A stretch of DNA of 62,687 nucleotides from an uncultured Sangeribacter sp. (GCA_964452865.1 CAYVNJ010000001.1:1-62687); one strand, 5' to 3'. Positions 1 through 10,964 are shown, counted from the first letter of the stretch. A program made the numbers and translations. The notes: generated by a model from the letters alone, not told the origin.

Positions 1-828
1 GTGCGTCCGCTGCGTGAAGGTGTGATAGCAGACATCAATGCGGCGGAACAGATGATTCGCGGAATGATTAAAATGGTCAGTTCGAAGCGACGCTGGTTCT
101 CACCTTCCTTGCGAATGGTAGTATGTATCCCCTCGGGCTCTACTGAGGTTGAAATCCGTGCTGTACGCGACTCAAGTGAGCATGCGGGAGGTCGCGATGT
201 GTATATGATATATGAACCGATGGCTGCTGCCCTCGGAATCGGTCTTGACGTCGAAGCTCCCGAAGGCAACATGATTGTCGACATAGGTGGTGGGAGTACT
301 GAAATTGCTGTCATATCGCTCGGTGGTATCGTGAGCAACAAGAGTATACGTATAGCCGGCAATGACCTGACAGCAGACATTCAGGAACACATGAGTCGTG
401 TTCATAACATTAAGGTTGGCACATCAATGGCTGAACGTATTAAGATTGAAGTCGGGTCTGCCCTGACAGAACTAGACAATCCTCCTGCCGACTATGTAGT
501 GTGTGGTCCAAACAAGATGACAGCATTGCCAATGGAAGTATCTGTGTCTTATCAGGAGGTATCGCATTGTATGGAGATGACTATATCCAAAATGGAGGCA
601 GCCATACTCGCAGCTTTGGCTCAGACTCCCCCCGAGCTATATGCCGACATTGTCCGCAACGGTATATACCTTGCCGGAGGAGGTGCTTTGCTCCGCGGCC
701 TGGATAAGAGATTTTCTGATAAGATGGGAATTGAATTCAAAATTGCCGATGACCCATTGCATGCTGTGGCTAAAGGTACAGGAGTAGCGTTGAAGAACTT
801 CAACAAATTTTCGTTCCTGATACGTTGA
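1..828 (+). CDS. mreB: Rod shape-determining actin-like protein MreB (5'-truncated by window edge)
   Basis: RPLREGVIAD, EPMAAALG, VDIGGGSTE and LAGGGALL actin-fold motifs; first gene of mreBCD-mrdA-rodA. Confidence 0.97.
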   Translation: MRPLREGVIADINAAEQMIRGMIKMVSSKRRWFSPSLRMVVCIPSGSTEVEIRAVRDSSEHAGGRDVYMIYEPMAAALGIGLDVEAPEGNMIVDIGGGSTEIAVISLGGIVSNKSIRIAGNDLTADIQEHMSRVHNIKVGTSMAERIKIEVGSALTELDNPPADYVVCGPNKMTALPMEVSVSYQEVSHCMEMTISKMEAAILAALAQTPPELYADIVRNGIYLAGGGALLRGLDKRFSDKMGIEFKIADDPLHAVAKGTGVALKNFNKFSFLIR

Positions 829-829
829 C

Positions 830-1678
830 GTGCGCAATCTTCTCAATTTCCTCATAAAGTACAACACATGGTTTGTTTTTGCATTCTATGTGTTGTTGAG
901 TTGTGTATTATTGTTCCGGAATAATGTTTATCAACAATCCGTATATCTGACCTCCGCCAATATTGTGAGTAGCGGTGTTGGTGGCGTTGTAAGCGATATA
1001 GGCAGTTATTTCAACCTGAAGGAGGTTAATTCGGAATTAACTCTCAGAAACGCAGAACTTGAGAAACAGTTATTGAACCTTAATTCCGAGATAGCAGGAT
1101 TGCGTACTTTAATTCCTGACAGCTCGGAGGCTTTGTTGCAGTCAACCGTGACAAGATATAATTATGTTATGGCTGGAGTTGTCAACAACAGCACCTCTCG
1201 TCATAGAAATTACTTCACTATCAACAAGGGCTTGCAGGACGGAATTAAGCCCGGAATGGGAGTTGTCGACCATAATGGTATTGTCGGTATAGTCAATGTT
1301 GTCGGGCAACATACAGCAAGAGTAATTTCAGTACTTAGTGAGCCTCAACATTTTTCCGTGAGGATAAAAAATGCCAATTCAGTAGGTTCTTTGGTCTGGC
1401 GGCAAGGCAACCCGCGTATAGCTTATGCTGAAGAGATGCCCAGGCATGAACAGTACCATACCGGCGATACGATTGTGACAAGCGGTTTCTCTACCACTTT
1501 TCCGGCAGGAATTCCTGTGGGGGTAGTCATGTCGCGCATGCGTTCGAAAGATGACAATTTCATTACACTGAAAGTAAGATTGTTTTCAAATTTCGAAAAA
1601 CTTGGTACTGTGCGGGTGATAAAGGATGTTTATAAGCAAGAGCTCGATTCGTTGCAAAACTTCGATGCCATTGAATAA
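830..1678 (+). CDS. mreC: Rod shape-determining protein MreC
   Basis: N-terminal TM, coiled coil, TINKG..DGIKPGMGVV and GDTIVTSG...FPAGIPVG motifs; synteny. Confidence 0.95.
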   Translation: MRNLLNFLIKYNTWFVFAFYVLLSCVLLFRNNVYQQSVYLTSANIVSSGVGGVVSDIGSYFNLKEVNSELTLRNAELEKQLLNLNSEIAGLRTLIPDSSEALLQSTVTRYNYVMAGVVNNSTSRHRNYFTINKGLQDGIKPGMGVVDHNGIVGIVNVVGQHTARVISVLSEPQHFSVRIKNANSVGSLVWRQGNPRIAYAEEMPRHEQYHTGDTIVTSGFSTTFPAGIPVGVVMSRMRSKDDNFITLKVRLFSNFEKLGTVRVIKDVYKQELDSLQNFDAIE

Positions 1679-1689
1679 CTCTTCTGCAG

Positions 1690-2211
1690 ATGGGTAAAAA
1701 AGTTATATTTTTCGGACTTCTGTTCGTAATCATAATTTTGCTTCAAGTTACCATATTCGACAACATATTGTTGTTCGGTTATGCGTCTCCTATTGTCTTT
1801 ATCTATTGTATACTGCGGTTGCCGGTATCAATGAATAAAAATGTATTGCTGACAATAGCCTTTCTGTCAGGACTGACAGTTGACGTTTTTGCAGACACCA
1901 CGGGCATGAATGCATTGGCATGTACATTTCTTGCAGCTTTCAAACATCCTGTTTTTGGGGCATATACATCGAAAGAACTTGATACAGACGGTCTGATTCC
2001 GTCAATATCCTCTTTAGGGTGGATAGTCTATATGAAGTATCTGCTCACACTTGTACTTCTATATTGTACGATGGTGTTTGTGATAGAATATTTTTCATTC
2101 TTCAACGTTAAAGAAATGATGCTCCGCATAGGCGCATCTACATTGCTTACATTCGTTTTATTATTGGCTTTAGACAGCCTAATGATGCCTAAAAGTGAGA
2201 AAAGATTATAA
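1690..2211 (+). CDS. mreD: Rod shape-determining protein MreD
   Basis: 173-aa polytopic membrane protein with GLTVDVF..T.GMNA motif, between mreC and mrdA. Confidence 0.9.
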   Translation: MGKKVIFFGLLFVIIILLQVTIFDNILLFGYASPIVFIYCILRLPVSMNKNVLLTIAFLSGLTVDVFADTTGMNALACTFLAAFKHPVFGAYTSKELDTDGLIPSISSLGWIVYMKYLLTLVLLYCTMVFVIEYFSFFNVKEMMLRIGASTLLTFVLLLALDSLMMPKSEKRL

Positions 2212-4045
2212 ACTTGAGAAACGCAAATATGTCTTTGGCGCGTTTATCATACTTATAGTACTTGTGTATGTTGTCAGATTGTTTGACCTTCAGGTGAGTG
2301 ACGACAACTATAAGGAGAACGCCGAGAGCAATGCTTTTTTGCGTAGAACAATATATCCGGCTCGTGGCCTAATTTATGACCGCAATGACGAATTGATTGT
2401 GTTCAATCAGCCGGCTTATGATGTCAAGCTTGTCCCGCGTGATGTGGGGGAATTTGACACATTAGCTTTATGCAAGATACTAAATCTTACCCCCCAGCAG
2501 TTCACAGAGAAATGGGCTGAGATGAAAGACCCGAGACGAAATCCAGGGTATTCATCCTATACACCTCAGAAACTCATATCTCATCTTTCGGCGGAAGATT
2601 ATGGGAGACTCGAAGAGAAACTATACCTGTTCCCGGGATTTTTCATTCAGAAGCGTACCATACGCCAGTATGCAGTGAAATCAGCGGCCAATATTTTGGG
2701 AAATATACGTGAGGTTTCCCTTGCTGACCTTGAACGCGACCACTATTATCGTTCCGGAGACTATACAGGCGACCTGGGTGTTGAGAAAAGTTATGAGAAT
2801 GTTTTGCGCGGTGACAAAGGTGTGGAAATACTGATGAAAGATGTCAAGGGTCGCATAAAGGGTAAATATCAAGAGGGAATCCATGATGTATTGCCTCGTG
2901 CGGGCCGCAATCTCAAACTATCAATCGACATCAGACTCCAAGAATATGGTGAGCAGCTAATGGCCGGTAAGATTGGAGCTATAGTAGCAATCCAACCTAA
3001 GACAGGAGAAATACTTGCACTTGTCACCTCGCCAGGTTATGACCCGAGTTTGCTAATCGGCCGTGAGAGAGGCAAGAATTATAAAGAACTTGTCAACAAT
3101 CCATACAAACCGCTATATGACCGTGCATTGCAGGGACGCTATCCTCCTGGTTCTACTTTTAAGCCAGCGCAAGGACTTATATTGCTTCAGGAGGGAATAG
3201 TTACTCCGGGCACACGCTTTCCGTGTGCCAGAGGATATAATAACCGCGGTCTTCATGTCGGATGTCATGGACATGCCGCCCCAATATCACTAAAACCGGC
3301 ACTTCAGACATCCTGCAACTCATACTTCTGTTGGGGGTTCAAAAATCTTATAGACAAACGTGGTACAGTGCCAAGTGCTCAGTTTGAAAAGTGGAAAAAC
3401 TATCTGGTAGACATGGGGTATGGTTATCCTTTAGGGGTTGATTTACCAGGAGAAAACAGAGGTTTTATTCCTAATGCAGAGTACTATGGCAAAAGATATA
3501 GCCGCTGGAGCGGCAATACCGTGATATCCGTCTCTATCGGACAGGGTGAGGTTCTGGCAACTCCATTGCAGATTGCCAATCTATGTGCTACGATTGCAAA
3601 CCGCGGCTGGTTCTATACCCCTCATATTGTGAAGGAAGTGGAGGATACTGTCATTGATTCCAAGTATCGGACTAAACATCATGTGAAAGTCGCCAAAAGA
3701 TATTATGAAGAGGTGGCACAGGGAATGAGGATGTCTGTACTCGGCGGTACATGCCGTCAGGCATCGCTTCCGGGAATTGAGGTTGCAGGCAAAACCGGTA
3801 CTGCAGAAAATCCGCATGGTAAGGATCATTCCGCGTTCATAGGTTTCGCACCGTACAAAGACCCGAAGATTGCAATAGCGGTATATGTAGAAAATGCCGG
3901 TTTCGGTGCAACCTACGGAGTGCCGATAGGTAGTCTGATGATGGAAAAGTACCTGACCGGAGATATTTCAGCCGGACGAAAAGGTCTTGAAACACGAATG
4001 ATGAACTCTAATACAATCATATACAGTGGAGTCAAGAAACACTGA
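2195..4045 (+). CDS. mrdA: Penicillin-binding protein 2 (elongasome transpeptidase)
   Basis: PARGLIYDRN; SxxK (GSTFK), SxN (SCN) and KTG (GKTGTA) motifs; GTG start overlaps mreD. Confidence 0.96.
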   Translation: MRKDYKLEKRKYVFGAFIILIVLVYVVRLFDLQVSDDNYKENAESNAFLRRTIYPARGLIYDRNDELIVFNQPAYDVKLVPRDVGEFDTLALCKILNLTPQQFTEKWAEMKDPRRNPGYSSYTPQKLISHLSAEDYGRLEEKLYLFPGFFIQKRTIRQYAVKSAANILGNIREVSLADLERDHYYRSGDYTGDLGVEKSYENVLRGDKGVEILMKDVKGRIKGKYQEGIHDVLPRAGRNLKLSIDIRLQEYGEQLMAGKIGAIVAIQPKTGEILALVTSPGYDPSLLIGRERGKNYKELVNNPYKPLYDRALQGRYPPGSTFKPAQGLILLQEGIVTPGTRFPCARGYNNRGLHVGCHGHAAPISLKPALQTSCNSYFCWGFKNLIDKRGTVPSAQFEKWKNYLVDMGYGYPLGVDLPGENRGFIPNAEYYGKRYSRWSGNTVISVSIGQGEVLATPLQIANLCATIANRGWFYTPHIVKEVEDTVIDSKYRTKHHVKVAKRYYEEVAQGMRMSVLGGTCRQASLPGIEVAGKTGTAENPHGKDHSAFIGFAPYKDPKIAIAVYVENAGFGATYGVPIGSLMMEKYLTGDISAGRKGLETRMMNSNTIIYSGVKKH

Positions 4046-5498
4046 GACTAATACTTCTGTCTTCCGGTCGCTCGACTGGATTACCGTTATCCTATACCTG
4101 TTTATGGTATTAGGTGGTGTGTTGACAATATATGCGGCGAGCTCTGACATGGACACATCAGCCAGTATTTTCGATTTCTCCGGATTTGCTGGGAAACAGC
4201 TTATGTGGGTTGGCCTTGCCTTGGTGCTTGGATGTGTGATTTTATTAGTCGACTACCGTTTGTACGAGGTGTATTCATATCCTATCTATGGTGTTGTCAT
4301 ATTATTGCTGCTACTGACAATATTTATAGCTCGTGATGTGCATGGTTCGAGGTCATGGATTATTCTCGGGCCAGTGAGTATTCAACCGGCTGAATTCGGC
4401 AAGTTTGCTACAGCACTTGCACTTGCAAGGCTTTTCAGCTCATACAATTTTCAGCTCAATCAATCGGCCGGGAATTACTATAAGGCGTTGATAATAATAT
4501 TTATGCCTGTTATACTTATTCTTATGCAGAAAGAAACAGGCAGTGCGCTCGTTTATTTTTCTCTGATTATAGTGCTGTATCGCGAAGGGATGAGTGGTCT
4601 TGTACTTCTTTTCATAGTCTGCATGGTTGCATTCTTTGTGGTAGCATTAAAATATGCAACAGCATTATTTTTAGGAATGACAATAGGAGAATTTACCGTT
4701 CTGGCTATAGTCATGCTTGTATTTCCTGCTATGTTGCTCTTCTATTGCGATGATGTCATCACTGCGCGGAACTTGTTTTTAGGTTTTGTGGGTGCAGGTC
4801 TAATACTGTTGATTTTAGGATTGTGTGAAGTGCCAGTCAATGGTCTTGTCTACCTTATATGTACGATAGGAGCAGGGTGCATATATACGTGTGTGGCCAT
4901 GTTAAGGCATCGTTTTTCGAAATATATCATCACGGTAGGTTTCGTGCTGACGAGTGTAATGTTTCTGCTGTCGGTCAATTATGTTCTCAACAATGTTCTG
5001 CAGCCTCATCAGCAGCAACGTGTGAAAGTATCGCTTGGAATAGTTGACGACCCTCATGGCACTGGATATAATGTCAAGCAATCCATCATTGCCATTGGTT
5101 CGGGCGGCTTGACTGGAAAAGGGTTTCTGAACGGAACGCAGACGAAGCTTAAGTATGTTCCCGAGCAACATACAGATTTTATTTTCTGTACTATAGGAGA
5201 AGAAGAAGGTTTTGTCGGCAGTGTAGCCGTTCTCGCCATGTTTCTGGCGTTGATATTGCGTATAATTGCCATAGCTGAGCGACAACGTACGGCATTCGGA
5301 CGTGTATATGCCTACTGCGTGGCATCATATCTTGGTTTTCACCTTATGGTGAATGTCGGAATGGTTATTGGCTTATGTCCTGTAATCGGTATTCCTCTAC
5401 CCTTCTTCAGCTACGGAGGGTCAGCACTATGGAGTTTCACAATATTGATTTTCATATTGCTGCGCATCGATGCTTCCCGTAAGGAGCGGCATGATTGA
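4026..5498 (+). CDS. rodA: SEDS peptidoglycan glycosyltransferase RodA
   Basis: IQPAEFGK, PEQHTDFIF, GEEEGF and PLPFFSYGGS motifs; extra TM insert as seen in Bacteroidota RodA. Confidence 0.96.
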   Translation: MESRNTETNTSVFRSLDWITVILYLFMVLGGVLTIYAASSDMDTSASIFDFSGFAGKQLMWVGLALVLGCVILLVDYRLYEVYSYPIYGVVILLLLLTIFIARDVHGSRSWIILGPVSIQPAEFGKFATALALARLFSSYNFQLNQSAGNYYKALIIIFMPVILILMQKETGSALVYFSLIIVLYREGMSGLVLLFIVCMVAFFVVALKYATALFLGMTIGEFTVLAIVMLVFPAMLLFYCDDVITARNLFLGFVGAGLILLILGLCEVPVNGLVYLICTIGAGCIYTCVAMLRHRFSKYIITVGFVLTSVMFLLSVNYVLNNVLQPHQQQRVKVSLGIVDDPHGTGYNVKQSIIAIGSGGLTGKGFLNGTQTKLKYVPEQHTDFIFCTIGEEEGFVGSVAVLAMFLALILRIIAIAERQRTAFGRVYAYCVASYLGFHLMVNVGMVIGLCPVIGIPLPFFSYGGSALWSFTILIFILLRIDASRKERHD

Positions 5499-5602
5499 TG
5501 CTGAAATAAAAAAATAATTCATGAGTCAACGCTTTTCCAGATAAAAGTGTTATATTAGCGAGACGAAAGGAAACTATTATATAATCTAAAAAATTTACTG
5601 AT

Positions 5603-5965
5603 ATGAAAAAGAACAAAAGAACGTATAAAAAATCGATAAAAGATGTAGGTGCATCTCTTTGCGAGAACTTTATGATAGGCTATTACAATATCGACGGTGT
5701 CGATAAAGATAAAGTCGAAAACGCAATAGCTATGGTTCTCGGTGGTCTGACCACAGCCTGTGACCGCAGTAATAATTTCTTTGGTAAAGGCGAAAAGGAA
5801 TTTGCAGACAAACCAGCATACCTGAAGGCGCGTACCGCCTTCTTCAAAGACCTTTTTAATAAAATCAACAGTGATTTCTCAGAAACTATCAATTCCGCTC
5901 TCAAGCTTTTCAATGAGGCAGTTCCTGAGGAGGTGAAAAAAGCTAACAAAGAGGCACTGGCCTGA
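5603..5965 (+). CDS. Small helical hypothetical protein
   Basis: 120-aa ORF with AT-rich leader and normal codon usage; no motif recognised. Confidence 0.7.
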   Translation: MKKNKRTYKKSIKDVGASLCENFMIGYYNIDGVDKDKVENAIAMVLGGLTTACDRSNNFFGKGEKEFADKPAYLKARTAFFKDLFNKINSDFSETINSALKLFNEAVPEEVKKANKEALA

Positions 5966-5993
5966 ATACAAAGTTACTAATTGAGGATGTACG

Positions 5994-6542
5994 ATGAGAC
6001 TATCCGCACGATTGTTGAAATTATTCGGTTGGACAGTAGATATTTCCGTACCGATAGTTGACAAATGCGTGATATGCGTAGCACCACATACATCCAACTG
6101 GGATTTTATACTTGGAATACTGGCATACGATGCCGTAGGAAGAAGAGCTAATTTTCTCATGAAGGAAGGTTGGTTCTTCTTTCCGCTTAAATATTTATTT
6201 AAGGCTATGGGTGGAATACCCGTTCCTGCTGTTAAGGGAGCACATCTTACAGATGTACTTGCAAAAATGATGAGCCGTAGGAAAACCATGCATTTAGCCG
6301 TGACTCCAGAGGGGACTCGTTCGCGTAATACGAGGTGGCGCAAAGGCTTCCTCGTGATAGCTGCTGATGCACATGTGCCGGTTGAAATGGGTGTAATCGA
6401 CTATAAGAAACATTGTATAACGATAGCAGATACTTATATTCCGACAGGTAATATAGCTAAAGATATGTCCTATGTACGAAGTTTCTATACCAGGCATACT
6501 GATGCAGCAATGTATCCTGATAAATTTGCACTACCCGACTGA
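5994..6542 (+). CDS. PlsC-family (1-acyl-sn-glycerol-3-phosphate) acyltransferase
   Basis: HxxxxD motif (PHTSNWD) and PEGTRS motif. Confidence 0.9.
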   Translation: MRLSARLLKLFGWTVDISVPIVDKCVICVAPHTSNWDFILGILAYDAVGRRANFLMKEGWFFFPLKYLFKAMGGIPVPAVKGAHLTDVLAKMMSRRKTMHLAVTPEGTRSRNTRWRKGFLVIAADAHVPVEMGVIDYKKHCITIADTYIPTGNIAKDMSYVRSFYTRHTDAAMYPDKFALPD

Positions 6543-6591
6543 TTTGCTCATACGGGAATTGTGCTATTATTAACCTTTTATCGACAATATC

Positions 6592-7401
6592 ATGACACAA
6601 CGTCCATTAAATGTGGCTATGTTGCCACTCCCTATTGTCTGGGGTAATAAGGAAGCCAATCTTGACACTCTTAAGTCGCAGATTTCACTTATTCATCCAG
6701 ACACTGACCTCGTAATCCTTCCGGAGACTTTCTCTACCGGTTTTCCGTCAGGAAAATCAAAAGAAGAAGTACGTCCGTTGGCAGAACGTAATACGGGTCA
6801 CACTATAGATTTAATAAAAAAACTTGCAGACGAACGTCATGTAGCCATATGCGGTTCTTTCATCGCAGAAACTGGTGGCGCACTATATAACCGTGCCTTC
6901 TTTATCGAGCCAGGTGGCGAAGAGACATTTGCCGACAAGCGGCATCTTTTTACAATGGCTGGTGAACATAATGTATTTTCGCGTGGCTATGAACGTCTGA
7001 GCGTTCGTTTCCGCGGGTGGAACATCGCAATGATAGTATGCTATGACATACGTTTCCCTGTATGGTGTCGTAACATCAATCAGGAATACGACCTGTTGGT
7101 AGCTGTTGCGAATTGGCCGTCCGTAAGAGTCGGTGCATGGCAGGCGTTGCTTCCGGCACGGGCCATTGAAAATTCAGCTTACGTATGTGGCGTTAACTGT
7201 GCAGGAACAGATGATGCAGGTTTTGAATATGGCGGACAGGCTTTGGCCTACGACTTCAAGGGTTTACCCATAGGTTGCAGCGTAGAGGGTTCACCGGCAG
7301 AATATGTATGTCTTGATTATGCTAAACTTGAGAAATTCCGCACAAAATTTCCGGTTGGTAACGATGCCGACAGATTTCATATCGAGAAAGAGTACGACTA
7401 A
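6592..7401 (+). CDS. Carbon-nitrogen hydrolase (nitrilase family, omega-amidase YafV-like)
   Basis: Catalytic triad motifs LPETF (E), DKRHLF (K), VCYDIRFP (C); ARAIEN. Confidence 0.9.
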   Translation: MTQRPLNVAMLPLPIVWGNKEANLDTLKSQISLIHPDTDLVILPETFSTGFPSGKSKEEVRPLAERNTGHTIDLIKKLADERHVAICGSFIAETGGALYNRAFFIEPGGEETFADKRHLFTMAGEHNVFSRGYERLSVRFRGWNIAMIVCYDIRFPVWCRNINQEYDLLVAVANWPSVRVGAWQALLPARAIENSAYVCGVNCAGTDDAGFEYGGQALAYDFKGLPIGCSVEGSPAEYVCLDYAKLEKFRTKFPVGNDADRFHIEKEYD

Positions 7402-7415
7402 CGCTAAAAAATCCG

Positions 7416-7423
7416 TAACTTTG
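7416..7423 (+). promoter_or_regulatory. Bacteroidota -7 promoter element upstream of lon
   Basis: TAACTTTG matches TAnnTTTG, 35 nt before the ATG; no clear -33 TTTG. Confidence 0.6.
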
Positions 7424-7458
7424 TGTGATTTTTTCGCACATACTCTCATTTCATATAA

Positions 7459-9906
7459 ATGAACGCATCGATAGACGATATATTTGCACGAGATAATTCA
7501 ATGTTGTCTGCGTCGCCGGCTGCCATGATAAGCTCTGCCGACACTATTACAGAGGAAGAACTGTCAATCAATCCGAACAATGTACCTATACTCCCCTTAC
7601 GAAATGTAGTACCGTTTCCATCGGTTGTAATCCCTCTGCCTATAGGTCGTGAGTCTTCGTTAAAGCTTGTACGCGAAGCCATGGAGAAGAAAGAAGCAAT
7701 CGCTCTTTTCGCCCAGAAAGACCCTGCTGTTGATTCTCCTGATTTTGACGACCTGTATCATGTGGGTACAGTTGCGCGTATCCTCAAGATAATAGATATG
7801 CCGGATGCAACTACTACTGTCATTGTCCAGACCAAAGCAGTGGTGAATCTGGAGAAGATAACACGTAGACGTGGCTATCTGAAAGGCAAAATATCTCCGC
7901 GCATTGAGAACGTTCCCTCGCCGGATGATGAGGAAATGGTGGCTATATTAATGACTATCCGTGAGAATTTCCAGAAGCTTCTGGCAAATATGCCCCAACA
8001 CGAGGCAGCGGAATTGAAATTCGGATATGAAAATATTACCAATCCTTTGGCTGCGGTATGCTATCTGATAGTTCATACACCTTTTTCTGTTGAGCTAAAG
8101 CAAAAATTGCTTGAAACAACGGATTTCAAACAAAGATGCCTTGACTTCAGCGAGCACCTCAATATCATGACACGTCTCATGATGATAAAATCGGAAATAC
8201 AGTCGCGTACTCATGAAGAATTGTCGAAGCAGCAGCGTGACCATTTTCTGCAACAGGAGATGCAAAGCATCAAGGATGAACTCGGTATGAATGATGACGA
8301 GGAAGAACTGGATGCACTTGAAGCCCGTGCCGCGACAAAAAAATGGCCCGCTGAAGTGCAGAAGCACTTTGAGCGGGAAATGCGCAAGCTTGAGCGCTTC
8401 AATCCACAATCGCCCGATTATTCGATACAATACACTTACCTCGATACATTTCTTAATCTTCCCTGGGAAAATTATTCTGAGGGCACGATGAAACTCAATG
8501 AAGTTGAGAAAGTCCTGAATAAGGACCATTACGGTCTTGAGAAAGTGAAGGACAGAATTATAGAGCAAATGGCTGTCATGTGTCAGAGGGGCGATAACAA
8601 GGCTTCCATAATATGTTTATACGGCCCTCCTGGTGTCGGAAAAACATCGCTTGGTAAATCTGTGGCAAAAGCGCTCGGCCGTGAGTATGTCAGAATTTCA
8701 CTCGGAGGTGTATCGGATGAGAGTGAGGTGCGAGGACATCGTCGCACATACTTAGGTGCGATGCCAGGTCGTATAATATCATCGCTTACCAAACTTGAGA
8801 CATCTAATCCCGTTATTGTTCTTGATGAGGTTGACAAACTTAGCCGCGACTATAAGGGTGACCCTGCGTCTGCTTTGCTCGAATTGCTCGACCCCGAGCA
8901 AAATAATGCTTTTCATGACAATTATCTTGACGTGGACTATGATTTGTCGAAAGTACTGTTCATAGCTACTGCAAACAATCTGTCAACAGTTTCACGCCCA
9001 CTGCTTGACCGTATGGAGGCTATTGAGATTACCGGTTATACTCTTGAGGAAAAAATTGAGATAGCACGGCGTCATCTTGTGCCGAAGATGCTTGAACGTC
9101 ATGGTTTCGCACCAGATGAGATATCGTTTTCAAAGAAAGCACTTCATTCTATCATCGAGAACTATACCTCAGAATCCGGAGTGCGCTCACTCGAAAAGAA
9201 AATTGCCACGGTATTGCGTCGCATAACTCGTAAAAAGATGCAAAATAAGCCCTATCCCACTACTGTAGAAACGTCAGACTTATACGAATTGCTTGGACCG
9301 GAAAAAGTATTCCCTGAAAAATTCGAGACGTCAGACTGCTGTGTGGGAGTTGTCACAGGTTTGGCGTGGACAAGTGTCGGAGGCGAAATACTTTTTATAG
9401 AGTCGTCGCTTAGTGAAGGAAAAGGAGAAAAACTGACACTTACGGGTAATCTTGGTGATGTAATGAAAGAATCTGCCATGCTTGCGCGTCAGTATCTGAA
9501 AGCCAATGCTCAAACTCTCGGACTCGATACCGAAAAGATTGCCACTACAGATGTACACATACATGTTCCCGCAGGTGCAATACCTAAGGACGGTCCGTCT
9601 GCAGGTATAACTATGGCAACTTCTCTTGCATCTTCGTACAGCGGTCGTAAGGTACGCCCGCGTTTAGCGATGACAGGAGAAATTACACTCAGAGGCAAGT
9701 TGTTGCCTGTGGGGGGAATAAAAGAGAAAATCCTGGCTGCCAAGCGTGCAGGAATTACTGACATCTGCCTGTGCAGGATGAATGAAAAAGATATCCTCGA
9801 AATAGACGAGAAATATCTCAAAGGTGTCAGCTTTCATTATTTCGATACTATCGGAGAAGTCCTGGATTACGCATTACTCCCCAAAGAAGAGGATTCTGAT
9901 AAGTGA
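7459..9906 (+). CDS. lon: ATP-dependent protease La (Lon)
   Basis: LON N-domain (PILPLRN), Walker A GPPGVGKTS, RGHRRTY, catalytic PKDGPSAG and GGIKEK. Confidence 0.98.
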   Translation: MNASIDDIFARDNSMLSASPAAMISSADTITEEELSINPNNVPILPLRNVVPFPSVVIPLPIGRESSLKLVREAMEKKEAIALFAQKDPAVDSPDFDDLYHVGTVARILKIIDMPDATTTVIVQTKAVVNLEKITRRRGYLKGKISPRIENVPSPDDEEMVAILMTIRENFQKLLANMPQHEAAELKFGYENITNPLAAVCYLIVHTPFSVELKQKLLETTDFKQRCLDFSEHLNIMTRLMMIKSEIQSRTHEELSKQQRDHFLQQEMQSIKDELGMNDDEEELDALEARAATKKWPAEVQKHFEREMRKLERFNPQSPDYSIQYTYLDTFLNLPWENYSEGTMKLNEVEKVLNKDHYGLEKVKDRIIEQMAVMCQRGDNKASIICLYGPPGVGKTSLGKSVAKALGREYVRISLGGVSDESEVRGHRRTYLGAMPGRIISSLTKLETSNPVIVLDEVDKLSRDYKGDPASALLELLDPEQNNAFHDNYLDVDYDLSKVLFIATANNLSTVSRPLLDRMEAIEITGYTLEEKIEIARRHLVPKMLERHGFAPDEISFSKKALHSIIENYTSESGVRSLEKKIATVLRRITRKKMQNKPYPTTVETSDLYELLGPEKVFPEKFETSDCCVGVVTGLAWTSVGGEILFIESSLSEGKGEKLTLTGNLGDVMKESAMLARQYLKANAQTLGLDTEKIATTDVHIHVPAGAIPKDGPSAGITMATSLASSYSGRKVRPRLAMTGEITLRGKLLPVGGIKEKILAAKRAGITDICLCRMNEKDILEIDEKYLKGVSFHYFDTIGEVLDYALLPKEEDSDK

Positions 9907-10928
9907 ACCACCACCTCAAGACAATCTCCTACATAAAAATAATTGGCATACTGCTCGTTGTGTTCGGACACTCGTTTCACGAGTATCCGCATGACGACGG
10001 TTGGCCAATAACCCTATACTGGATGCTCTACAGCTTCCGAATGCCATTATTTGTTTTTGCGTCAGGAGTAGTTTTAGCCATGTCATTCACACGGCGGGCA
10101 GCAACTGACACACTCCGAAGTCTGCCTTCCTTTGCTGCAGACAAATTCAAACGGTTACTGATACCTTATTTCGTCATTATGGCCATAGTGGCAGTTCCGC
10201 GTTTTCTATTGAACGGTTTTGCCGACGACGATGTAAATCTAACGATAGGCAATTTCATTGGTACAGACGAACTTATAATATCTCTCTATTGGTTTCTTCC
10301 GTTCAGTTTCATTCTCATGTGTGCGGGCTATGCCGGCATGCAACTGTTTGGAAATCAGAGAATGGCATGGATGTTTGTTCTGATTCTGCCTGTTGCTGCC
10401 TATCTGATGCTCGGACACATAGGTTGGGACATACGCCTGTTCTCATTTGGCAACGTGTGTCGGTTGGGTATCTATTTCTTTCTTGGAATGACGTATGGTT
10501 TTTACAAGGATATGGTTGACTCACGTATACCATGGGCATCAATCCCCATGTGTGCAGCATGTTTCGGAGCGTGGCTTGTTCTGTCGCAGTATATTGAGGG
10601 GGCATTGTCAATGCTGTTATGTGGAATTGCGGGCATACTTATGGTACTTTCGTTTGTTAATCTGATGGTAAAGCGCGGGTGGAAATTTCTTGATTTCTTC
10701 GAAGGGTCTACCTACATGATTTTTCTACTTTCCTGGTTTCCCGGTACAGCCTTTCAGCAGATATTGTCTCATCTTGTAAAATTACCCTGGTGGGTGTACA
10801 CAATTCTTGCTTTTGCGGGAGGTGTTTTACTCCCCGTGATAGTCTACAGGTGGCTTGTCCTCAAGCCGGCAAACACCAGATTGCGGCGTGGTCTCTTGTT
10901 TATTCTTGGTCATAAACCCAAGAAATAG
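9903..10928 (+). CDS. Acyltransferase-3 family (OafA-like) membrane O-acyltransferase
   Basis: K..GILLVVFGH, FRMPLF...SG, KFKRLLIPY and LYWFL motifs; about 10 TM helices; GTGA overlap with lon stop. Confidence 0.85.
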   Translation: MNHHLKTISYIKIIGILLVVFGHSFHEYPHDDGWPITLYWMLYSFRMPLFVFASGVVLAMSFTRRAATDTLRSLPSFAADKFKRLLIPYFVIMAIVAVPRFLLNGFADDDVNLTIGNFIGTDELIISLYWFLPFSFILMCAGYAGMQLFGNQRMAWMFVLILPVAAYLMLGHIGWDIRLFSFGNVCRLGIYFFLGMTYGFYKDMVDSRIPWASIPMCAACFGAWLVLSQYIEGALSMLLCGIAGILMVLSFVNLMVKRGWKFLDFFEGSTYMIFLLSWFPGTAFQQILSHLVKLPWWVYTILAFAGGVLLPVIVYRWLVLKPANTRLRRGLLFILGHKPKK

Positions 10929-10964
10929 TGAATTTCCTTTTATCCTTATATAATTACAGTTTCC

